Both the position numbers and the translations under genes were made by a program. Shown here one piece after another: positions 16,966-23,749 of a stretch of DNA of 32,000 nt. The stretch is from Alphaproteobacteria bacterium. GTDB lineage: Bacteria > Pseudomonadota > Alphaproteobacteria > Rs-D84. Numbering within the stretch: the stretch's first letter is position 1; the number at the start of each line of letters is the position of its first letter. The stretch is taken from assembly GCA_017475605.1 (NCBI GenBank), contig JAFVFD010000004.1, forward strand, positions 116,224 through 148,223. Direction: 5' to 3'. Under the pieces are notes generated by a model that was not told where the DNA came from, did not search any database, and saw nothing but the letters and a program-made list of their open reading frames with translations.

Positions 16966-19803
16966 CTATAGTGCAGTTATATCCGTATCACAATCTGCGA
17001 CACCAACGAATTCGCTGTCGTTACCACTCATTGCATATAAAAGGCAAATCCCGTCCACCGTCTGAATCAATGAAGCATTGGCATTTGATGCCGATACTGT
17101 GGCAGACAACTGCGATGTTTCCGCATTTAACGTTTGTGTAATTTGATTGGCAACGTAAGAATAAGCACAACCACCACCAACCGTCCCCTCGCCATGGGCA
17201 TTATAGACATAGGAATCATCCGTACACCTGCATCCAACGGCCGTACAGCCATTAAGTGTACCAGCGACAATATCGCTTTCCGTACATGACGAATCTTCTG
17301 TACGCAATGCCCTATCCCCCATAACCGCCGAACACGCAGATGCGGGTGTATATGGAACACATGTTGTCCCGGATACGGTGTAAGAATTTTTACATCTGCA
17401 ATATTTTTGTGCACAGCCAGCCAAACCGGATGTGGTTGCGGTACAGGATGCATCATATGTGGCAATGGTGGAACTAAGCGGGCACGATGTCGTAATCTCG
17501 CCAGATGAATCATCAGATGACGAATCGCTGGAATCCCCGGAATTACTGGGGTTTTCAGCTATCCCCCCCCCCAAGTTATCAGAGGCAGAGCATACGCCGT
17601 TTTTCATTGTATAACCATCATTGCAAACACATGTTCCATATAAACTGTGTGTCATATGGTCGCCACACGCCGCAACACATGCCCCAGACCACGCAACATA
17701 ACCCGAATTGCAAACACATTGTGTATTTACATAACCGGCATCTCCGTTCGTTGCAATCGTGCCTGCGGTTGATGTATATGTACTGTTATCCGGGCACAGC
17801 AGCGATTGATAGAACATATCAGACACACAGTTAATTATCGCATCGTTATAACCGGCCGTGCCGTATGTCTGGCTGCCTGCTGCGGTACATTGTGATACAT
17901 GGTATGTTTTATCTCCAACTGGCAAATCGTCGTACGGCTTTATTGTTGGTTCACCTGTGAATAATGCAAAGCCACAGGTTAATGCCACACTACGACACGC
18001 ACCACGCATTACACTGTAAATATTTGTTGTACTGGCCGCCGATGCCCACGAATTAACCTGGGTAATTTGGGAATTATAGCATGCCGCGACATCGGCGATA
18101 CAACTGGACGCATATTCGGAAATAATTTTCTGTTGTGCGGCCTTGATATTGACCATTGCACGCTGAACATAGTTCACAACAATATCGTTATATTGTTTAT
18201 ATTTTTTATTGCTGTCATATGTATAATATTGGCATTTATCCAAAACAGGACGGCACAAACCTTCGTCGGTGGCCTTTTCCTTGGTCCCGATTTTTTGTAA
18301 CAAGTATTTAATCACACATTTACCATCATTTGCGCATGTGTTTGTTCCAATTTGTGTTTCGGAACCATATGCAGATTGTAAAAACGCACTATTAATCGCG
18401 GAATTGTTATATTCTGTCATAAACGATTGAATAACGGTAATATCCTGGCCCAGTACGACTTCGCCATTTTCATCAATATAAGCCTTGGTCGGATCAACAC
18501 ATTTGTAATAGTTATCGCCACAAACCATGTCGTCCTTCATACAGGTTTCAAGTGCCGCAACACAGCCCTTGGCATCATATTGGTTTTTATTCTGTAACAC
18601 CGCAAGGCGCGCCTTTTGTAACATCAAATTAGCACTGTTCACATTGGAAACCAGGGTTTCGTTCATCTTCTTTAAACCGGCCTCGTACGCAACACAATCG
18701 CGGTCAATCGCCAAATCATAGTTTCCTGTTATCTGGGCCTGGGTTGCACCCGCGTTTTTACAACTGTTCAAAATGGTGCTGCAACGACGACGGGCCGTAT
18801 TATATAACTCTGTTCCGCGCAGGTTTGATATACTGCTTGTATTTGAACCAAGATTCAAGAAATCTAAACTAAATATATCTGTTGGTTCCGACGAAAATGT
18901 TAAATCCATATCCAAACCAAAATTTGTTTCAGATGAATACGATGTTGTATTGCTGGTCGGATCCTTAATCATAGATTCGATTTGCTTTAACATATTACGC
19001 GTTGTTGATGTATCTGTGGTCCCGTTAAGTGCTTCTTCGGCCTCGGTTTCTGTCATGATGGCGCGAATTTCATCGGCCGATAACCCAACATAACGAATTG
19101 CCTGGGCAACTTCGTTCAATTTTCTGTTTGCTTCGGTTGCGGCCTTTTCCACCTTGGCATACTTGGACAAATTAGCACTGCAACTGCACCGTTTTTGGTT
19201 CGCATCCACCGCCGCACAGAATTGATCCATACATTCGTTATACTGTTCCTGACACGATTTATTCAATTCCGCGGTTTGTTCCAGTTTTTCCTTGGCCTCG
19301 GTAATAGATTCCTTGGTCGCCTGGACCTGCTTGGTCGCACGACCGGCAACCTTTTGAATATCTGTGCTAATATTAGAACCGGTCTGTCTGTCCGTTCCCG
19401 CAATGGTTGCGCGACCGCCATAGTCGGCAAAACTTGGGCGCAAAACAACCCCCGCGCGCCGAACAACCGGATTTTCATTTATATCACCGGTTGCACGCGA
19501 TTTTGTGGTCGCACCTGAACTGGTCGCATTACGTGTCGCGGTACCGCGCGACAAAGATGACACATTTGCGCGCGATGTCGTCCGCGCAACAGTTGTACGC
19601 GTTGCCGCATCAACCGATTCCGCAACCGTTCCACGCCCCGCCGCCGCGGTTGCACGCGTTGTCGTACGTGCGGTTGTATCATTCGATACCGCTTTTTCAG
19701 ATAAATTGCCCGGAATTACGCGCGATGCAACAACACCATCGGCCGCAAATGCGGGTCCGACAGCCAGCGCCATCAATAAAAATAGCGGTTTGGACATTCT
19801 CAT
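16966..19803 (-). CDS. large secreted cysteine-rich protein B (945 aa): Arg/Thr-rich N-module, Cys/coiled-coil core, EGF-like C-x-C repeats, acidic Ser/Asp linker, C-terminal Cys-rich module
   Basis: Signal peptide MRMSKPLFLLMALAVGPAFA/AD. Residues 41-160 contain TTARTTTRATAAAGRG...VARTTSRANVSSLSRGTATRNATS. The core is shared with protein C (YNECMDQFCAAVDANQKRCSC). Further features are CVCNSGYVAWSGAC, CVCNDGYTMKNGVC and SNSGDSSDSSSDDSSGE. Confidence 0.85.
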   Translation of the reverse strand: MRMSKPLFLLMALAVGPAFAADGVVASRVIPGNLSEKAVSNDTTARTTTRATAAAGRGTVAESVDAATRTTVARTTSRANVSSLSRGTATRNATSSGATTKSRATGDINENPVVRRAGVVLRPSFADYGGRATIAGTDRQTGSNISTDIQKVAGRATKQVQATKESITEAKEKLEQTAELNKSCQEQYNECMDQFCAAVDANQKRCSCSANLSKYAKVEKAATEANRKLNEVAQAIRYVGLSADEIRAIMTETEAEEALNGTTDTSTTRNMLKQIESMIKDPTSNTTSYSSETNFGLDMDLTFSSEPTDIFSLDFLNLGSNTSSISNLRGTELYNTARRRCSTILNSCKNAGATQAQITGNYDLAIDRDCVAYEAGLKKMNETLVSNVNSANLMLQKARLAVLQNKNQYDAKGCVAALETCMKDDMVCGDNYYKCVDPTKAYIDENGEVVLGQDITVIQSFMTEYNNSAINSAFLQSAYGSETQIGTNTCANDGKCVIKYLLQKIGTKEKATDEGLCRPVLDKCQYYTYDSNKKYKQYNDIVVNYVQRAMVNIKAAQQKIISEYASSCIADVAACYNSQITQVNSWASAASTTNIYSVMRGACRSVALTCGFALFTGEPTIKPYDDLPVGDKTYHVSQCTAAGSQTYGTAGYNDAIINCVSDMFYQSLLCPDNSTYTSTAGTIATNGDAGYVNTQCVCNSGYVAWSGACVAACGDHMTHSLYGTCVCNDGYTMKNGVCSASDNLGGGIAENPSNSGDSSDSSSDDSSGEITTSCPLSSTIATYDASCTATTSGLAGCAQKYCRCKNSYTVSGTTCVPYTPASACSAVMGDRALRTEDSSCTESDIVAGTLNGCTAVGCRCTDDSYVYNAHGEGTVGGGCAYSYVANQITQTLNAETSQLSATVSASNANASLIQTVDGICLLYAMSGNDSEFVGVADCDTDITAL
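17563..17572 (-). repeat. homopolymeric G10 (C10 on the plus strand) tract inside the protein B coding sequence
   Basis: The minus strand reads GAT AAC TTG GGG GGG GGG ATA GCT GAA (DNLGGGIAE). This is the only G/C homopolymer of this length that I found in the window. Confidence 0.9.
19324..19683 (-). repeat. degenerate Arg/Thr-rich coding repeats (protein B, aa 41-160)
   Basis: The translation is dominated by R, T, A, S, G and V, with recurring ARTT / SRxxT units. Confidence 0.6.
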
Positions 19804-19814
19804 TATTACAATAA

Positions 19815-19825
19815 ATTATATCACA
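19815..19825 (-). promoter_or_regulatory. TGTGATATAAT extended -10 element upstream of protein B
   Basis: An exact 11-mer on the minus strand lies 11 nt upstream of the ATG at 19803, with no Shine-Dalgarno sequence between them. Confidence 0.5.
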
Positions 19826-19863
19826 AACCGCGTTAATAAAAAAGAAACTTTATTATAAAAAAC

Positions 19864-19890
19864 AATAAAAAATCCCGCATATGCGGGATT
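19864..19890 (-). terminator. intrinsic terminator after rpmA
   Basis: Perfect palindrome aatcccgcat/atgcgggatt, followed on the minus strand by TTTTTTATT. Confidence 0.8.
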
Positions 19891-19893
19891 TAA

Positions 19894-20160
19894 TTATTTT
19901 GCTTCGTCTTCTGGGACGACCGACACTGTTTTGCGATCACCCAAACCACGTTTGAATTTCACGATGCCCGCAATTTTTGCGAACAGTGTGTGATCTTTGC
20001 CCATACCAACATTCAATCCTGGGTGCACCGCGGTGCCACGTTGACGAATGATGATATTGCCTGGGATAACGCGGCTGCCACCAGATTTTTTAACGCCTAA
20101 TCTGCGTCCCGCAGAATCGCGTCCGTTGCTGGTCGAAGTACCTGCTTTCTTGTGTGCCAT
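19894..20160 (-). CDS. rpmA: 50S ribosomal protein L27
   Basis: [25 protein letters not shown]... is the canonical L27 sequence. A GGAG Shine-Dalgarno sequence lies upstream. Confidence 0.95.
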   Translation of the reverse strand: MAHKKAGTSTSNGRDSAGRRLGVKKSGGSRVIPGNIIIRQRGTAVHPGLNVGMGKDHTLFAKIAGIVKFKRGLGDRKTVSVVPEDEAK

Positions 20161-20172
20161 AGTTTAAACTCC

Positions 20173-20472
20173 TTAGCCCTTGATATCCGTTATTTTCAAA
20201 ACAGTAATGAACTGACGATGACCCTTGGTCCGACGATAGTTTTGACGACGTTTTTTCTTGAACACCAAAACCTTGTCAGCGCGTTTCTGTTCAACCACTT
20301 CGGCAATAACTTTTGCACCATCAACTGTTGGTGTGCCGATTTTTTCGCCCAGCATTAAAACCTGGTCAAATTCAATTTTGCCGTCGGCATTAAGTTTTTC
20401 AACCTTGATAACATCGCCCTTTTGCACGCGATATTGTTTGCCACCGGTTTGAAAGATTGCAAAATCGCTCAT
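20173..20472 (-). CDS. rplU: 50S ribosomal protein L21
   Basis: [27 protein letters not shown]... is the canonical L21 sequence. It lies immediately upstream of rpmA. Confidence 0.95.
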   Translation of the reverse strand: MSDFAIFQTGGKQYRVQKGDVIKVEKLNADGKIEFDQVLMLGEKIGTPTVDGAKVIAEVVEQKRADKVLVFKKKRRQNYRRTKGHRQFITVLKITDIKG

Positions 20473-20536
20473 ATTCTTGCTCTTTTTGTTCGTTTTTTAT
20501 GTTATTTTTCGCACTTTTGTCGAAAAGTTTATGCAA

Positions 20537-20564
20537 ATTGTATGTTTTTTATACCAAAAGTCAA
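20537..20564 (-). promoter_or_regulatory. candidate sigma70 promoter of rplU-rpmA
   Basis: The minus strand reads TTGACT, a 16-nt spacer and TACAAT, roughly 60 nt upstream of the rplU ATG. Confidence 0.5.
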
Positions 20565-20592
20565 GTTTTTTATTACTTATTTTTGCAAATCA

Positions 20593-20619
20593 AACAAAAA
20601 ACCGCCCAAACGGGCGGTT
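20593..20619 (-). terminator. intrinsic terminator after secreted protein C
   Basis: Hairpin aaccgccc-aaac-gggcggtt, followed on the minus strand by TTTTTTGT. Confidence 0.8.
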
Positions 20620-20623
20620 GTTA

Positions 20624-22711
20624 TTAATCACGTGTCCAATCGCGAATTGCCTGGACACCGACATCCTGCAAACACTTTTCGCGTTGTGCCGCCGAATTAC
20701 CTGTGGCACCCGATGCGATGGTCGCGGCAGTTGCCCCCGTCCCATTAAGGATCTCGTTCAATGTCACGATATTACGACATGTGTTTTTGGTATAATCTGC
20801 ACTGTTAAGACAGTCCGTTGTGTTGTCTTGTTTGTCGATAATCGCTGTGAACTGTGCCGTTGACGGATTACAAATCATCGTTTCATAGCAATGCGGAACA
20901 TTTGAAATCTGGGCACAGTATGTTTTGATACGTGCATCTGTCCATTTTGCGCCACTTGCTGTTGTATTTGACGCCTGGGTTTCATAACAGTCATAGATTT
21001 CGCTTAAACATTCGTCAAAGTTTGTACCTGCGGCAATTGCATCGGAACGGATTGTTTCGCGTTCTTCGGTTGCGAATTCAAGACGCTTTTGCTGTAATGC
21101 CTGCTGTGCGGCAACCTTTTGATAACCGATATTTTGTGCCGTCTGGCGCAGTTGTTCGCCATATGCATCGCAATCCGCATTCGCATCCAGCGCATATTTT
21201 TGCATAATGCTACGACGGGCATCGGCAACCGGACCACGCAGTGATGAATATGGGTCGCCCGACGATGTCGAATAACCAAAACATGTCGCCGAATTAGATG
21301 ATGTATAACCAGTATTCGGTGTTACAAAGTTCAATTCATATGTTCCGGAATTATTAACGGAAATCCAACTGTTATAGTTATATGGGCATTGGGATGCGCC
21401 ATTACCGCATTTACGGCCACCGGACGGTGGGGTTCCGCATGCCTCGTATATACCGTTAAAGCAGGAATCAAGAACACGCGCACAGACATTATTGTGTGCA
21501 TATTCAAATAATTCATAACCCCATGTTTCCGCCAATGAATCTTTCAATTCATCCGATGATGCAAATGCACCATCAATGCCGGCCATACCGTTAACGACCC
21601 CACCAATAATTGCCGCCGCATCGGACAATGCATCATTATCGTTGTTAAGAATCGTTATTGTTTGTTCCTTGGCTTCGGCCCAAGATTGCAGGGAAGCAAT
21701 AATATCAGACGAAGAACCGTCAATATTTGCTATATCAAAACCAAATGTGTTTGCGCCTTCACCGGTTGACGAACAATACTTTGGCTGTGTACAAGGGCTC
21801 AAACCATTCCCCTTGCCGTCATAAAAGTGGTGATCCGCACACCATTCCTGAGCCTCGTCTGAATTCTGGCCATAGTGGTTTGTAACTTCCTGCCATGAAA
21901 CACAGTTCATAACCTTTTCAGCATCGGTCAATTGGAATGCATCGGAAACATCCTTGCCCTTGTTCGCAATCAACAATGCCAATTCACCCGCAACCTTGAT
22001 TAATTCTTCATTAGCAGATTCAAGTGCGGTTTCCGCCTCGGCAAAAGCCTTGACACGACCGGCGCACGCGCAACGACGTTGTGCCGCATTACGCGCAGTA
22101 CAGATTTCATCCATACATGCATAATATGATTCCATACAGTTGTTGTATGCATCCGCCGAAATCAAGCCAGTCGAAGAATCAATAATTGTTGAATAATTAC
22201 CGGTGTACAATTTACTGGAAAGATACGAATATGTGTTTGCACGTGCTGCACTGCCCTTGTATCCCTGGATAGCACTGCCAGTAAGGGATATGCGTGATGG
22301 TGTTGTTGCAGTACGCGCCACAACATTACGCGATGTGGTCCGCGCAGTCGTTCCACGCGATACAACATTACGCGCCGTATTGTTTACACGCGATACTGTA
22401 TTTGTTGTGGTTGCACGTGATACAACCCCACGCGACGGACTTGTTGTTCCCGCGACACGACCGGTCGCCGATGTTGTCCGCGCAACAGTTGCATTCGACA
22501 CACCACGATTTGTTGTACGACCCGATGCACGATTTGTCGCATTTGTGCGCGGCGACGCATTCGCCTGTACCGGTGTTATTGCCGGCGCAATTGGATCTGC
22601 CAACACAGCGCGCATCGATAAAAATGTAGAACACACAAAAAACGCACCCGCCAAAAGAAATACGGTTCCAACAGCATTTTTTGCAACCAATGCGATATCA
22701 CGTCTTTTCAT
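20624..22711 (-). CDS. secreted cysteine-rich protein C (695 aa), paralog of protein B
   Basis: N-terminal hydrophobic signal or anchor. Residues 50-140 read PRTNATNRASGRTTNRGVSNATVARTTSATGRVAGTTSPSRGVVSRATTTNTVSRVNNTARNVVSRGTTARTTSRNVVARTATTPSR. The Cys scaffold is YYACMDEICTARNAAQRRCAC, and there are further blocks shared with B (e.g. NADCDAYGEQL vs DRDCVAYEAGL). An AGGAGAG Shine-Dalgarno sequence precedes the ATG. Confidence 0.85.
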   Translation of the reverse strand: MKRRDIALVAKNAVGTVFLLAGAFFVCSTFLSMRAVLADPIAPAITPVQANASPRTNATNRASGRTTNRGVSNATVARTTSATGRVAGTTSPSRGVVSRATTTNTVSRVNNTARNVVSRGTTARTTSRNVVARTATTPSRISLTGSAIQGYKGSAARANTYSYLSSKLYTGNYSTIIDSSTGLISADAYNNCMESYYACMDEICTARNAAQRRCACAGRVKAFAEAETALESANEELIKVAGELALLIANKGKDVSDAFQLTDAEKVMNCVSWQEVTNHYGQNSDEAQEWCADHHFYDGKGNGLSPCTQPKYCSSTGEGANTFGFDIANIDGSSSDIIASLQSWAEAKEQTITILNNDNDALSDAAAIIGGVVNGMAGIDGAFASSDELKDSLAETWGYELFEYAHNNVCARVLDSCFNGIYEACGTPPSGGRKCGNGASQCPYNYNSWISVNNSGTYELNFVTPNTGYTSSNSATCFGYSTSSGDPYSSLRGPVADARRSIMQKYALDANADCDAYGEQLRQTAQNIGYQKVAAQQALQQKRLEFATEERETIRSDAIAAGTNFDECLSEIYDCYETQASNTTASGAKWTDARIKTYCAQISNVPHCYETMICNPSTAQFTAIIDKQDNTTDCLNSADYTKNTCRNIVTLNEILNGTGATAATIASGATGNSAAQREKCLQDVGVQAIRDWTRD
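22292..22564 (-). repeat. degenerate Arg/Thr-rich coding repeats (protein C, aa 50-140), including a 42-nt-spaced direct repeat
   Basis: caacattacgcg occurs at 22321-22332 and again at 22363-22374. This corresponds to RNVVAR / RNVVSR, 14 aa apart. Confidence 0.65.
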
Positions 22712-22797
22712 TCATTACTCTCCTGCGGATGCAAAGTCAATGAATCCGCCCTTTTTGGCATGCCAAACTGGGCATACCACCATTATAGTTTGTCTTT

Positions 22798-22826
22798 ATT
22801 ATAACATTTTTAGCGCAATCTGTAAA
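22798..22826 (-). promoter_or_regulatory. candidate promoter of protein C
   Basis: The minus strand reads TTTACA, a 17-nt spacer that ends in TGT, then TATAAT, about 85 nt upstream of the ATG at 22711. Confidence 0.35.
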
Positions 22827-22861
22827 GACAGAAAACAGGCTTTGCCCACCAAGAATACAAG

Positions 22862-22893
22862 AATAAAAAATGCCCCGAAGGGCATTTTTTATT
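22862..22893 (-). terminator. intrinsic terminator (symmetrical A/T-flanked hairpin) after the 145-aa gene
   Basis: aaaaaatgccc-cgaa-gggcatttttt. The stop codon of the 145-aa gene lies in the flanking run. Confidence 0.75.
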
Positions 22894-23326
22894 CTGCTTT
22901 GAACAAGCCTTTTAACAAACCGCCCGTTTCGCGCGCATCAGATTCAACCTGCTTTGCGGCCGCCTTTACTTCATCGGCGGTTGCTTTTGCTTCGGCGACC
23001 TTGGCATTGGCGGCATCGGTTGCCTCGGTTCCGGCGGCATTTGCCGCACCGGTTAATTCAGCAGCCTGTTCCTGGATAGATTTTTTAACGAAGTTCGCAC
23101 ATTTTTTTGACAATGATTTTACATTATCAACCAAGCATGTCGGAATTGTCATATCGCCAGTCAATATTTCTGGACAGAATTTGCTGACTTCGTCTTTATT
23201 ACAAGCCTCGGCCAAAGTGGTTGGTTCCGCCGCCTTTTGCCCCAAACCCAAGAAGTCAAACAAACCAGCATGTGCAGATGTTGCCGCCATAATGGCTGCT
23301 ACACCAAATACCATTGTTTTTTTCAT
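22889..23326 (-). CDS. small secreted/periplasmic protein with one four-Cys 'cysteine-rich repeat'-like unit and an Ala/Lys/Glu-rich helical tail
   Basis: Signal peptide MKKTMVFGVAAIMAATSAHA/G. The segment ACNKDEVSKFCPEILTGDMTIPTCLVDNVKSLSKKCANFV fits the C..D...FC...CL......LS..C pattern of the bacterial/Golgi cysteine-rich repeat family, as far as I recall it. Confidence 0.7.
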   Translation of the reverse strand: MKKTMVFGVAAIMAATSAHAGLFDFLGLGQKAAEPTTLAEACNKDEVSKFCPEILTGDMTIPTCLVDNVKSLSKKCANFVKKSIQEQAAELTGAANAAGTEATDAANAKVAEAKATADEVKAAAKQVESDARETGGLLKGLFKAE

Positions 23327-23402
23327 ATTTTCCCCTTTTGTTTATGAACACATAAATCATAGAAATTATCCGCCCGCCCGTCAATATTTTTTAAGGAAAA
23401 TA

Positions 23403-23430
23403 TTGACAACGCACCACCAAATGATACATT
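23403..23430 (+). promoter_or_regulatory. candidate sigma70 promoter
   Basis: TTGACA (23403-23408), a 16-nt spacer and TACATT (23425-23430), about 22 nt upstream of the ATG at 23453. Confidence 0.5.
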
Positions 23431-23452
23431 GTTAAAAAAAAGAGAAACGCAG

Positions 23453-23749
23453 ATGATTCAAACGCTAAACGATGTTTATAATTTAATTTTGAACCCAAAG
23501 TATTCTATGCAATACATCCCCGACATGTTTGCCAATCGAACACAAATTTTGACCGATGGTACATTTGGTAATCGGGTTGAAGTCAGCAGGACAAAAACCA
23601 CCATGGATATCTATGTTTTTCAAAACGGCAACTCGCAATACTATGAACACATATCCCGTCGCAATCGCGACTATAAACGTATTCATGATGCCGTTTTTGC
23701 CAAAGGAATGGCGGCAATGGTTAAAGATATCGAAGAAAATTATCGGTAA
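23453..23749 (+). CDS. hypothetical protein (98 aa)
   Basis: ORF MIQTLNDVYNLILNPKYS.... The track start at 23429 is a TTG lying inside the putative -10 element. The 3' end overlaps the convergent acyltransferase gene by 10 nt. Confidence 0.5.
   Translation: MIQTLNDVYNLILNPKYSMQYIPDMFANRTQILTDGTFGNRVEVSRTKTTMDIYVFQNGNSQYYEHISRRNRDYKRIHDAVFAKGMAAMVKDIEENYR

Noticed and set aside
16585-17141. Plus-strand ORFs of 105 and 140 aa spanning the A/B gene junction.
   Set aside because: They lie antisense to the Arg/Thr-rich region of protein A and the C-terminus of protein B. This is the same shadow effect, and they cross a gene boundary, which real genes rarely do in this arrangement.
19407-19858. 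Plus-strand ORFs of 135 and 117 aa overlapping the 5' end of protein B.
   Set aside because: They are antisense shadows of the GC-richer Arg/Thr repeat region, which has no stop codons on the opposite strand because of the codon composition. They have no independent start context.
20593-20619. Near-identical sequences aaaaaaccgccca-NNN-gggcggt at 20597-20618 and 28727-28749, with a related one at 31491-31513, considered as a dispersed repeat or REP-like element.
   Set aside because: Each sits exactly at the 3' end of a transcription unit with a T-run on the transcribed strand. They are short GC hairpins typical of intrinsic terminators, and the similarity is limited to the stem.
22203-23435. 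A 410-aa plus-strand ORF, one of the longest in the track.
   Set aside because: It runs antisense to the Arg/Thr-rich 5' part of protein C, then through an intergenic region containing a terminator hairpin, then antisense to the 145-aa gene. Its translation is low-complexity (RDTT/VVRA repeats mirroring the ACG/CGN codons of the opposite strand). The minus-strand genes have signal peptides, Shine-Dalgarno sequences and terminators. I treat it as a shadow ORF.
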